Source: Wallemia ichthyophaga EXF-994
Taxonomy: Eukaryota; Fungi; Basidiomycota
DNA: 32,000 bases
Direction of reading: 5' to 3'
Assembly (NCBI RefSeq): GCF_000400465.1
Contig: NW_008806276.1
Coordinates: 240,001-272,000 of the forward strand
This document shows positions 1-11,951 of this stretch, in pieces. A program made the translations under genes and the position numbers. Position 1 is the first letter of the stretch. Each line of letters begins with the position of its first letter. A model generated the notes under the pieces. The model had not been told where the DNA came from. It ran no database searches and worked only from the letters and a program-made list of their open reading frames with translations.

Positions 1-785
1 ATCTGAGGATGAGTCAATGGAGGAAGACGAGAAACCCCAACAAGACAAAGAAGAGGACGAAGAATCTGACGGATTTGAAGTAGTACCTCAAGAAGACGAC
101 GGTCAAATGTGGGATGTCGACGATGAGGATCAAGATGCAGTTCGTCAAAAGCGTATCGAAGGTGTGTATAGCGTAATCTTGCATTACTGTACTGACCATT
201 TTAGACACTGGATTAATTACTGAAGAGGCTATGTCGATGGCTTACCGTTTGAAGAATGGTATGACCACCAAGCAGCAGCTTATAGATGATGGTTTCAACA
301 AAAACGCCACTAACGATAGAGAGAATCTGCCTGATTGGTTCACCTCGGACGAGCGTAAGAACTACAAGGTCCACGTACCGATCACCAAGGAAGCAGTCGA
401 CGCTTTGAAGGCTAGACAGAGAGCTATTGACGCACGTCCAATTAAGAAACTTGCTGAAGCGAAAGCCAAGAAGAAGTACAAGGCAACAAAGGCTGCTGAA
501 AAGGCTGCGGCCAAGGCTGAGACTGTGATGGAGAATCAAGAGCTCACTGAAAAAGAGAAAGCTATGGGTGTACAGAAGATGATCAACAAGACGAAAGCCA
601 ACGCTAACAAGAAGCGTGAAGTGAAGCTTGTTGTTGCTAAAGGTGCAGCTAAGGGTGTGAAGGGACGTCCAAAGGGAGTTAGTGGACGTTATAGAATGGT
701 GGATAGGCGTTTCAAGACAGATATTAGAGGTATGCGCAATGCTAAGAGGCGTGCAGTAAACAACAAGAAACGTCGTAATGGTTAG
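1..785 (+). CDS. SPB1: rRNA 2'-O-methyltransferase Spb1/FTSJ3, C-terminal part (5' end outside window); exons <1..161, 205..785
   Basis: Acidic tract followed by the Spb1 C-terminal motifs LPDWFTSDE, PITKEAV, ARPIKKLAEAKAKKK, KGRPKGVSGRYRMVDRRFKTDIR. A 43-nt GT-AG intron (162..204) joins the frames as IE-D-TGLITEEAMSMA. Confidence 0.92.
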
Positions 786-843
786 TAAATTGTATAATAG
801 GGATAATTCAAGAATATATTTATTTATATCCATTACAATCATC

Positions 844-2529
844 ATGATTGACGGGCTTATTGTTTTGAACAAGGATGGGTAGGGGAATAGCAAGATATGG
901 AATTTGTTCTAAATTTTTGTAGAAATGCGTTGCTGCACTCGAGCTTTAAGCAACCAAGCTTTTACCCAGCTATACACATTGACACATACAACTACAAGCA
1001 ACCAATTGAGCCTTTTTTCACAGTAGATACACCCCCAAATGGATCATTTAGTAGTTTTATACGGGTCAATGATATCGTAATCTTATGTCCATTCAATAAG
1101 AATGGTACGTGAAATGCTTAGCGCTGTCTCGACATCTAAATAAGCCCAGTGGACCTGTCGATCCCAATATCGTTCATTCAATTAACTATTAAGCTGCTAG
1201 TTGATTACTTTGGCAAGCTCAATGAGTCTGTAGTACGCGATAACTTTGACATCATCTACCAGGTTGGTGTTATACTGTTGCAAACAAAGCCCACAACTGA
1301 GTTTTATAGCTTATGGAAGAAATACTCGATAATGGCTTCCCTGTTACCACGGAAACTGCCGTTTTGAGCGATATCGTCGTTCCGCCTTCGACGCTGTCCA
1401 AGCTCATGTCGTCAGCTGGAATGAATGTGAAGAGGTTAGCGGGTGTGTTTGGGTGTTAATATTTCGCTTACGCTCATCAGTCAACCAAACGTTAGACCTT
1501 ACGCATCGCCAATCACATGGAGGAAGGCGGGCGTCAAGCACAATAACAATGAAATATTCTTCAATGTTATCGAGTCGATAGATGCGATTGTTGATAAGCA
1601 CGGAAATGCAGTCATGGCTGAGATCAATGGACAAATTGAGTGTGATTCGAGACTGTCTGGTGGGTAAAGCCGAGATATCTGACATAATTCTCATCATTGC
1701 GTCAAGGCACTCCCGACATACTATTAACATTGAAGAATTCCACTTCGATTGAAAAAACATCCCAGCATGCATGCATAAGGTAGATAGAAAACGTCTCTAT
1801 TATGAATAACACTCAAACCTTTCCACAGATACCAGCGTTGGATTAGAGAACGCGTTCTCTCATTCGTTCCACCAGACGGCCGTTTTAGATTGATTTCCTT
1901 CGAACCTAAAGTGAAACCTCGCTTGCCGATAAGCAGTAAATGCTCGATGAAGGTGTCCCCCTATGAAGGTAAGAAAGCTGTTTTGTTTGAGTGGATTGGT
2001 TTACCTTTTTTGCAGGTAACTTTGAATTAATTTTGACAAATACTGTCGGAAAGAAGATGGAGGGTGTTGAGTTGAGTATATTTCTCGGACACGGTGCAGT
2101 GTCTGCACGGGGCGAGTGTAAGAAGAAAAACACACCTTCTGGGAGCAAGGCAATAAGCTCGAACGAGTTCGATCATGTCACCAAGGTTTGTAGACAGCTA
2201 GATGAAAGCCTTAGCCTGAGCTGACAGGTAACTCCAGATATTCAAATGGAACATATCCCATATAGAACCAACTAGCGTACATACCCTGACTGCAAACTTC
2301 AAATCAAGGTGGGTTTCTACGGTTGACTTTGCTTTATGAGTTTACCTTGCAAAACAGCGAAGAATCACCACGACCCGAGACTGCGTTCGGAGTCAACTTC
2401 AGAATACCTCAGCATACAGCTTCTGGAGTCCAGATTGATGGTGTCAAAATCGCAGGCGATGCTGGCTACAAGCCATACAAAGGATTCAAGGGTGAACTGA
2501 CAAGTGGAAGCTACGAAATACGTTGGTAA
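844..2529 (+). CDS. APM3: AP-3 adaptor complex mu subunit (multi-exon)
   Basis: Spliced N-terminus MIDGLIVLNKDGNALLHSSF (intron 879..922); mu-adaptin motifs VRDNFDIIYQLMEEILDNGFP, ITWRKAGVKHNNNEIFFNVIE, SFVPPDGRF, ASGVQIDGVKI, KPYKGFKG..SGSYEIRW. Confidence 0.85.
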
Positions 2530-2584
2530 CAAGTAGAAGATAGAAACATGTATTATTTTCATATTTACTTTGTCTTCTCTCGTA

Positions 2585-2605
2585 CGTCATCCGTCATCCG
2601 TCATC
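2585..2605 (+). repeat. Perfect tandem (CGTCATC)x3 just upstream of the MTG1 ATG
   Basis: Read directly from the sequence. Confidence 0.9.
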
Positions 2606-2613
2606 CTCACACT

Positions 2614-3971
2614 ATGAGTTTCATACCGCGTACAAACTTCATTTATCCCTCTCGAGCACCTAGTTGGTATATAGGGCATATGAGCAAAGGGATGAGAATT
2701 ATGACGGAGCAGCTCAATACAATCGATGTGATTATAGAAGCGAGAGATGCGCGTATACCGCTTACAGGGATAAATTATCAGTTTGAAAAGATGATTAAGA
2801 GTGGCTGGTCTAATAGAGCCAAGCTCGGCGGTATCACTGAGCGTATCGTAGTTTATACGAAGCGTGATCTCGCCGAAGAAAGATATGAGGGTGTGAGGAT
2901 GCTGCTTTAGAAGGCTAGGATTCCCTAACACAGCTGCCAGCCTCTGATACGCTCGTTCAAAAACTTGGCTGGTCAGCATGTCGTCTTTACCGATAGCAAG
3001 AACGACAAAGATCCACGCGTCGTTCAGCGGCAGCTTGTCTGTGGGTGCGTGTCGTAGCTTTCGATATGTCTAACGCACAACAGCCATTGCTAAAGAACAC
3101 GACGTCCCGAAACTCAATGTACTCGTCACCGGTATGCCAAATGTCGGTAAATCAACTTTTTTGAATGCGCTGAGAAGGGTAGGAGTACACAAAGGTTGGC
3201 TTCATATCGTAATGCTATAGTGTGCTGATAATAGTGTTAGGAAAGGCAGCTATTACAGGCTCAGATCCTGGCGTTACTCGCAAACTAACAGGCACTGTCA
3301 AGATAAATGAAGATCCTAACGTCTATATATACGATACACCCGGAATAATGGTACCGTTTCTTGGCCATGATGAAATGGGATTGGAAATGGGCCTAAAGCT
3401 AGCATTGACATGTGTGTGGATGACTTTGCATACATCCATTGACTCACACAGGCCATCGCAGCGGGAATTAAGCCCGATTTGATAGAGACGGAAACAATAC
3501 TTGATTATTTACTTTACAAACTCAATTTGAGAGACGCTGCCCAACGTTAGTTAGAAATTATATTACGCTATGTCATAACTGATCGGCTTGATAGATTCTC
3601 CGTACCAATCGCAACTACCGCTAGGGAAGAATTATCCTCCAACAAATGACATATACACACTGCTGGAAGACTTGGGCAGACGCATAGGTGCGCTTCGGAA
3701 AGGTGGGATTGTCGATATAGATAATTCATCGCAGTTCCTTATAAACGCAATGCGCCATGGCAAGTTTGGTCGGTGGACATTAGATGATTTTCCAGGAAAT
3801 GGTGAAGATAGTGTAGATTCGCGCGTACACTCCACTCTCAAGACTCATATCGATAGACAGCAACACAACATAGACAACGAGAATGAGCGTCGGAGTAAAT
3901 CGAGTATCCTAAAGCAGGAAAAGAGGGAAGCGGCTGCAAAACGCAAAGAGAAGCATAAAAAAAGACAGTAG
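2614..3971 (+). CDS. MTG1: Mitochondrial ribosome-associated circularly permuted GTPase (RbgA/YlqF family)
   Basis: WYIGHMSKGMR, IIEARDARIP, YTKRDL, G1 motif GMPNVGKSTFLN, GVTR, YDTPGI; several short GT-AG introns. Confidence 0.87.
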
Positions 3972-4119
3972 ATTGCATGTTTAGTTATTTGTAGTAATAC
4001 ATATGGATTTTTAGATCTAGAAAACTAAAAGAAGCTCTATAATACACATCTTGAATAAATATGCACCTTTTGCAAGTATTGAAAGGAGAGTGGCTCCAAG
4101 GAACCAACGATATCCGGAA

Positions 4120-4487
4120 TTAAGAGCCAGACGATGCAGACGTCGATACTGGCTTGGAAGCGCTGGGATTAGAAGCAAAAAGCAAGCTACCGCCATCGTA
4201 GCTATCCTCCAACATTATCGAACCACGCCTCTCGACACCACCACCATTGGAGGAGTTTGACAACTGCGAAGACTTCAACTTGGGGGTTGAGAGTGGAGTA
4301 GAGTTGTTGTTGTTACTACTGCTGTTGTTGGGACACATTGTTTGTATGAGTTGCTTCTGCCGGAATTCGGTCAAAATTTCAGTGCACCGCAATAGTCACC
4401 ATCACTCACCCTGATCGCTTGTATATCTAGCTCATGCTGGCCTACGTGACTTTCTTTGAAACTGCTGATCAGTTCCTCAATTTCCAT
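4120..4487 (-). CDS. Small hypothetical protein (104 aa), two exons 4487..4410 and 4356..4120
   Basis: ATG at 4487; 53-nt GTGAGT...CAG phase-0 intron (4409..4357) gives MEIEELISSFKESHVGQHELDIQAIRKQLIQTM followed by an Asn/Ser-rich tail. It fills the gap between MTG1 and NOP7. Confidence 0.6.
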
Positions 4488-4612
4488 TATCAATCTTTAT
4501 CGCGATCGAGGTTGGAGCGAGCGAGTCAATCACACTATCTGCCGTAAAATAAAATTGTAGAAATGTAGAACATGAATGGAAATGTAATAACTTATCAAGA
4601 AGAGATATCTAT

Positions 4613-6733
4613 CTATGTACTTTTCTTCTTCTTGTCTTTCTGCTGCTTCTTTTTTATATCCTTCTTCTTGGATTCGAGAAGAGCGTGCTAGAGTTTTGTG
4701 AGTACGCGCTACTATTTCACACAACCCACTTACCTCATCCGTTTGGCGTTTCTGGGAGTGCTTAACTTTGTTGTAGAGCTTGCGCTGCTTAGATCCCATC
4801 ATTAAGTGTGCCATATCGTCATCCTCCTTTTCTTTGCCGCCGGAAGTATTCTGCTGAGGGCAAATGTGTTAGCGGAAAATTTCGGGAATTTCCAAGTGAA
4901 GCTAGTCTCACCTTCTTTGAGGACTTGGAAGACTTCTTGGCCTTCTTGAGTTCAGCTTCGAACACATCATGGGAAATACCGAGCTGTTCTGCTTCAAGTT
5001 CGGCTGCGTCGTGTAATGACTCGTCATTTGGATTCTGAGCAGCAGCAATAAGCGCTTCGGTAGGATATTTACTCTTAGGTGCTTCTTGTGCTTGCTCCTT
5101 CTCTTCTTCGTCTTCTTGCATGTCCTCATCTTGCACGTCCTCATCCTCTTCTCCCTCCTCCTCATCTTCGGCAGCCTCTTTCTCTTCAATCTCCAGACCA
5201 GGTACATAGGCTTCTTCGTCAGCAACTTCGAATGGTGACATATGTGGGGGGAGCGTCTCTCCAGGTGCGTATGGTTCAGTTGGAAGCAATCTCCCGGCAT
5301 TTGCCGAGTCAACGATCCATTGTGGTTGAATGTACGCTCTCTTGAGGTTGAGCTCTTTCAAACGAGCTGGAAGGTGTGGTCTGTCGACGACCATGTGAGT
5401 GATACGAGCATCTGTCTCGTCAGGTACTGGTGAGCCACCACCGAGAGTAGTCATATCCCATCCAACCTGACCACCGAATGAACGGATCACAAACTCTAAA
5501 GTGGGTCTTGTAACCTCCCTTGAGAGATAGAAAGTGTATGGTGCAAAGAGGTTTGCACGTGCGGATTCAAACTTGGAGTTGGCGAGGAGAGTGTTTAGCG
5601 ATTGGCCAATATCAGTTGAGGCTTCAACGTTTTTTGATGGCTGCTCAACGAACTCTTCTGGTGCAGGAAGACCTTGTTGGTCGTCTTGAACATTTTCTTG
5701 TTCTTCAAGTTGATCGTCAGCTGGAGGAGCAGCTGTTTGACCAATTTGATTGATTTGCTTGCGAACATCTTTGGCGCTAACCTTAGCACTCTCAGCGACG
5801 TCATCTTCGCCAGATTTAGTGAGTGCACCTGATGCTTCTCTCAAATTGAAAGCACCAATACCAGCGCCAGTACCATCTTTGTCAATGTCGAGTGGTGGTG
5901 GGTAAACCAAGTTTATATCGTTATATAACTTGTAGAAGACGAAGCCAGTGAGTGTTTGATACAACTCCAAGAAGGTCATCAAGATTCTAAAATCAACATC
6001 TTCTGGAATGTGCTGAGTGAACATGTATGGAACTAACCACCTAATTGGTCTACCTTCCACTTCAGCTTCAAAGTAAACACCTTTGATTGATAAGAAAATT
6101 TTTCTGAGAGACTTTGTACGCATAACGTATAGTTGCCATTGAGCGGATAGTTTAGCGCAATTGTCGATGATGTCAGCAGGGATTCTGCTGTTAGCAGGTA
6201 AGTGGCTAAAGAGCATAATAAGTGAAATAGCATCAGGAAGATCGTTGAGAGTGGATTGGAATGTAGGATAACGCTCCCTAATGATATGATCTAATCTATA
6301 CTCAGGCTTTTGATTGTCCTCAATTGCCTTGGCTTGAACGAGCTCATTGCGGCCAATAAGCTTTGAAATCTTCTTTGCAAAAGACTTGTATTCTCTAAGG
6401 CTGTTGAGCAATGGCTCATGCTGCAAGTAAACGATATCTTTGGTGTAATAGAAAGCCTTTGGAGCTGTTGAGCCTTTATTAGCCTTCTTCTTGTTTCTAG
6501 GTTCTCTAGGAAAGATTCCTGTGGGTTACTTGTGAGCTCATTCTCCAGAATATTAGAGTTATCACCCACCCTTCAAAATACAGAGCCTTCTGAAGTCTGC
6601 GAGTGATATCTGCAATTTCTTAATTGCCTGGTTTTGTTAGAATATTTCAAGCACTTTCAAGTAAACACACTTGGTTTCTGGTCATGTAATTCTTCACGGC
6701 TCCCTTTTCATTCTTCTTTGTTATTCTACCCAT
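4613..6733 (-). CDS. NOP7: Pescadillo/Nop7 60S biogenesis factor with BRCT domain (multi-exon)
   Basis: MGRITKKNEKGAVKNYMTRNQ start; ISLADFRRLCILKG, HEPLL, YRLDHIIRERYPTF, FLSIKGVYFEAEV, DVDFRILMTFLELY, BRCT with YIQPQWIVDS; final exon ends KKKKST*. Confidence 0.95.
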
Positions 6734-6847
6734 ATTGTACTCCTCGCCGTTGCTATCGAAGAGAGAAGTCGGGGATTTGTTATAAATTTGTGATAAATGA
6801 TTATATTTTACAATTCAGCGTGTACTCATCAAGTATTGTACACTTCC

Positions 6848-7388
6848 TCACGCTTTTTCACGCTTTATTTGGGCATTATTGGTGGCAGGAGACCGGGAAT
6901 TGTCTTGCAACGCTTCAGTTGGTATGTTCCCCTGTACATCAGATAACGCGCCTTTAAGTATGTAAATGTAGTCAGCTTCTTTAGTACCCAGCTTTATATC
7001 CTGTTTTGAGAGGAAAAGTGGTGCGTTGTGGGTATACGCTACAACAACTGTGCATCGTGGGCAACTGAGCCTATGTTGACGCTCACACATGCCATCTTTC
7101 CTGTTTGAAGGGTTTGTCAGTCATTCTTCGCAATCTATTTAATCTTCAGAACCTTTGAAGCATACAAGGCGTCTGCGATATCGCAGAAACCTTGAATTTG
7201 CGCTTTGTTGATTCATTTCCAGCATTATGCGTTATAATCACGCTTCCATCCGTTTTCCGCGTTGGAAGAAGGTCGATGGGCTTATCAACAACGAGCTGTA
7301 TGCGAGTGTTTAGAGTGTTTATTGTCTAATGAGCATCACTACATACGATAAACTCCCCGCAAATACAATAATAGCTCTTTAATTGCAT
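6848..7388 (-). CDS. STEEP1/CXorf56 (UPF0428)-like protein, 145 aa; exons 7388..7347, 7295..7153, 7100..6848
   Basis: Spliced translation MQLKSYYCICGEFILVVDKPIDLLPTRKTDGSVII...CMLQRKDGMCERQHRLSCPRC resembles the CXorf56 pattern YYCLCGQMVLVLD..LP.R..D....ERQYR..C..C. The start codon is uncertain. Confidence 0.8.
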
Positions 7389-7436
7389 TTCACAAGTCTT
7401 GGTGGTCGTCTTCCTCCTTCATCAACTAAACTTGGA

Positions 7437-9085
7437 ATGCAGCACAACAAGGAAATTATTGAGGACTCTACCACTTTTCCCGATAAACCAATCAAGCGCT
7501 TAGTCTTGGATGCCGCTCCTTTGCTCACTCAAGCCCCTATTCGTGGAATGGCACAAGAATTCTACACAACTCCTCACGTTATACAGGAATTGAGGGATGA
7601 GAAATCAAAGAAGCATCTAGAAATGCTTGAGATTCAAGGTGTTCATATAAATGTACAACAACCTGATCCAATCAGTTACGCAAAAGGTTCGATTCAATAA
7701 GCTTTTCATTTTCTCATTCGTCTCACTTAAATGCAGTTTCTAGCTTCTCAAAGCTTACTGGTGACTACAGCGTTTTGTCCGGTCCTGATATGGGTATTCT
7801 TGCGCTTACATATGCACTGGAAGTGAAAGAGAATGGTACTGTTAGATTGAGAGACGCACCCGGCAAAGTGGGTTTCCTGGATTCCCGTCGAAATATCTTA
7901 CATGATTATCCTCAGTCAACAGCAAAGAAACCTGTACAAAATCAGATCACAGACCCTAACTCGCCATCAACTTCATCACCAGCAATAGGTGATAAGCTGT
8001 CTGAAAAAATACAAAACGTTACTCTAGATGAGACGCCAAAGGGAAGGCAAGAACAAGATCAGCAGGATCCCCGTGCTCAACAACCTCATCAACAACCCGC
8101 TGAGGAAGAATTCACAACAGTATCAAAGGGTATGTCAATAGCAGCAAAACCACGCCGCAACAAGAACACACAGTCTCAGGATGACTTTGGAAGTATACAG
8201 GTTGATGATAAGAGTGAAGGGGAAGACGAATCAGATGATGAAGATGCAGGTGACTGGATCACACCAGATAACGTAGAAGATCACAAAGCAGTTGATCTCG
8301 GTCACCAGACAATTCAAGAGCAGTCGAAGAAGGATACATCAAAGAAGCCGCCCGTATTCCTAAAAGCGGCATGCATGACAGCTGATTTTGCTATGCAAAA
8401 TGTACTCATACAGATAGGACTCAATCTGGTTGGTACAAATGGACAGAGAATCAAAAGCGCCAAGAGCTGGGTACTCAGATGTCATGCTTGTTTTAAGTAA
8501 GTAATTTCCTACTAAAAACCTGCGTCTCACATTCCCAATAAAGACTCTGCAGAGATCAGTCAAAAAGGTTCTGCCCCGCTTGTGGTAACAGCACTCTTTT
8601 GAGAACGTCAATAACAACATATGCACCTAAATCAGCAGATGCTGCACCTGTAGTTAAGGTACACTTGAAGAAGAACTTCCAGTACAAGAATAGAGGTACC
8701 AAGTACTCTATTCCTGCATCTAGAGTTGGTAGCTCCAAGACTGGCAGTGGACTGCCGTTGATATTGCGAGAGGATGATCCAGATTTCCAAAGATCGGTGC
8801 ACGCCGACCAAGTTGCAAAGCGCAAAGAGGAAAAAGCGCTGATGAGATCTCTCGAAAAGGGAAAAGCAGGCACCAGTGGTTTTACGTGAGTTTATGGACT
8901 TTTCATATGAGTCAAAGATCTGACGTAATTCTAAAAGCGGCCAATGGATGGATCCTGACTGGTTACCAGGATTGCTTGCGCCTGACGCAAATGCTAGGCG
9001 GACGGGAGGTAGAGGCCCTGCTCGCATAGGTCATGGACGGAGGAACCCGAACGAAGTACGCAAGCAGGGCAAGAAAAAGAAGTAG
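7437..9085 (+). CDS. NOB1: 20S/18S pre-rRNA D-site endonuclease Nob1 (PIN domain + Zn ribbon)
   Basis: LVLDAAPLL PIN start, LSGPDMGILALTY, GDWITPDNV, ACMTADFAMQNVLIQIGL, LRCHACFK / FCPACGNSTLLR zinc ribbon; last exon after intron 8886..8937 ends KQGKKKK*. Confidence 0.93.
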
Positions 9086-9181
9086 AGAAAGAAGATAAGT
9101 GTATTTGAAGATATACAGTGCATTTGTTTATAGATGTAAAAATTTTATAATTGTTAAGATAACGGAAAGTAGGGTTGTAGA

Positions 9182-11951
9182 ATGGATTATAAGGTATGTA
9201 AAGGGCTGGTTATTTCAGAAAACAAGAGTGGCTGAGCTGCTGTAGCCGCTCGAATCCTCAAGACACTTCTTCATCGCCGGCCACCAAGACCCGATGAAGA
9301 TGGAGCCGCCGACATCTATAAACTCACTAGAGCTAGAGTCAAAGCCTGTGGAGGGTACAAGAGGCAGGAAGAAGGGACCACGTCGTACACAATTCTGTGA
9401 GTTGAGCTCCGTTGAGCTCCGAAATGACTCATCAGATACTGATTGATAAAACTTAGCTTGCACCGAAGTGAGTTATTGCGCACGATAAAAGGTTTATCGT
9501 TAAATGACGCCATTTCAGTGCCACAGAAGAAAACAGAAATGCGATCGCAAGTGTGTACTGATATATTTCACCCCCACTTTGACTGATTTCGATATAAGAA
9601 CGCCATGCAGCCACTGCGCCCAGCGGAAAGTGCCGTGCGTGCCTTTCCAACCAGGCCACGATAACGATGTTCATAGTCGTTTGGTTAGAATCGAAGGGCT
9701 CGTCGAGAGTTTGATGCCGCTTCTCCAAACAGATACATCAGGCAGCACCTCAGAACCACCAAGCAAGAGACGCAAGGCGATGAGCACAGCTACTTCGGGT
9801 GATGATGATGACGAGGAGAGGGACGATCTGGCCAACGTCGGTATCGGTCCCGCTGCTTCAGGCACTCTGCTCAATAACGGCAATTGGTATGGCCCATCGA
9901 GCCTGAACGTGTCTGAAATAGCGCATGATCTCGCTGACAAAGTTGGCGGAGACACCACTACAGACTTCAAGAACCCTGCTCATAGTCCAATTGCTGTTGA
10001 TGATCAACTCAGTATCGTCATTCAGGAGTTCGGGATGAGCCCGTCTAAAGTCGACACGCTTGTGGACGAACTTCCGCCGAAACAGTTTGCAGATAAACTC
10101 GTTGACTCTTTCTTCGCGCACATTAACTGGACAAGGTATCCGATACATGAACAGAGCTTTAGAAACGCTTATGAGTCCACATACAAGAAGCGCAGGAGTT
10201 TGGAGGCTAAGGATTTCAAGAACCTTCCTCTCGTGTTTATCGTTCTCGCAACCACGCTTAGATTCGCTCCGAATGAAGAGATTGCAGTTGAGGCTGGCAG
10301 CGGTTTATCTGAAGCGGAGAGACGTAGCTGGGCGCTTAGATTGTATTGGAGCAGTAAGCCCAACTATTACTGCGCACACAACAAAACACCAGCTAACACC
10401 TTCTCAGCTCGCAGATGTTCACTTCTTGTGTCCGCAGTGCAGGGAGATTGCACAGAGATGGTCATCTCGAGGCTTCTGAGCACCCGTCTGCTCATCAACG
10501 AGAGAAGACTGACAGAATCATGGTCGCAGCTCGGAAGCGCGATTAGAACTGCTCAGAGTCTAGGCATGCACAGAGACGGAAGCAAGCTCGGGCTGAGCTG
10601 TTACGAGACAGAGTATCGCAGGAGGATTTGGAGCTATCTTCAGCATGCAGACAATACCTTAGCTCTGATATTGGGCAGGCCTCCATCGATTATCCCGGCA
10701 TACTGCGACACTCTCCCGCCATCTAACATTGATGACAACGATTTTCAGAGCACATCAGTGGATACAAGCCCACCGCTACCAAAACCACTCAATATACCTA
10801 CGCTGATGACGGCTCATGTGCTGCGCCACTCGTTCGTGCAGATAGTAGCTCGGTGCAACGAGCACTTTTCGAACCTGCGCGCACCGTCGAGCTACTCAAA
10901 TGTGTTAAGACTAGATGCAGAGATAGGCGAATTTATCGCAAGATTGCCGCCTGTGTTTAGATTTGAGGATCCAGACACATCGGTGGATAGCCAAATGCCA
11001 TGGTTGCCGACACATCGCTTCCTGCTCGCAGTGGAATGCTACTTTACTAAGATAAGTCTGCATAGACCATGGGTGCTTCGCAAACTTAACAGCACGAGGT
11101 ATGCACCATCAAGGAGGGCTTGCTTCGAGTCGGCGAAACTCGACTTTTTTGCTAGAGAGAGATTCAGGAAGGAGACAAATAAGTCGCTCGGTAGATTCGG
11201 TGGTGGACAGTATAGAATATTTAACTCCACACTCATCTCAGCGATAGCATTGATTTTGGAGCCGTTCGGGAAGGACTCCGCACAGCACAAACACATACTC
11301 GACTCGTTCCTTGCTGAGAGGCAAGACAAGACGGTGACGCTACCATGGGATGAGGCTATGGTTAATGAGATGCGCATCATACAGCTGTTCAGAAACAAGG
11401 CACAGGAGCTGCGTCAGTCGAGAGCGGCGGCGACTAGCAGTAGTGGGAGAGGCGCAAAGGGAAGGGTGAATGGGGAAGAAGTAGATGGATTCGATGACAC
11501 TACAGCAGATAAGGACCCATCACTGAGGTTCGCGCAGCCAAACGCTAATTCGAATGCCAATCTATTGATGGGTATGTCCAATTCGTCATTCGCCGAAGCG
11601 AGCGCACCGAGCTACCAGAGTGTGGTTTCAGGAAGTGACAATGTAGATGCGCAATGGCAATGGAATAGTGGTGGGGGAGGTGCTGGTGCCGGTGCTTCCA
11701 CTTCTGCTGCTACATCAGCAAACCACCTCCAGCCACCGTCAATTGACGTAAACGGGAATAATTGGACATTGAACGACGCACCGGCGGATACTATTGCTAT
11801 GCTGCTCGGATTAGGTGTGCCTGACATGATGCCCTTAAGTGGATCACTTGATAACTCGGTAAGCGGTGTACCGACGAGCTCTGCACAGCCGGCGCCGGAC
11901 GAGTCAGCAGACTATTGGCACAAGCTAATATCATCGCTGAATGAAAACTGA
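9182..11951 (+). CDS. Zn(II)2Cys6 transcription factor with fungal-specific TF (middle homology) domain
   Basis: Splicing exons 9182..9193, 9246..9396, 9457..9467, 9519..9550 and 9599.. gives CTECHRRKQKCDRKTPCSHCAQRKVPC (CX2CX6CX5CX2CX6C); later AIRTAQSLGMHRDG, EYRRRIW, LGRPPSI. Probable further intron 10354..10407. Confidence 0.9.

Noticed and set aside
213-893. 226-aa minus-strand ORF, and similar long antisense ORFs (e.g. 5079..5345, 10060..10479, 16811..17248, 19683..20198, 19870..20343, 31149..31610)
   Set aside because: They lie over or opposite well-supported genes and have no recognisable motifs; they are shadow ORFs.
7686-7695. GGTTCGATTC, resembling a tRNA T-loop / B-box
   Set aside because: It is the donor of NOB1 intron 1; no acceptor stem, D-arm or anticodon arm can be folded.
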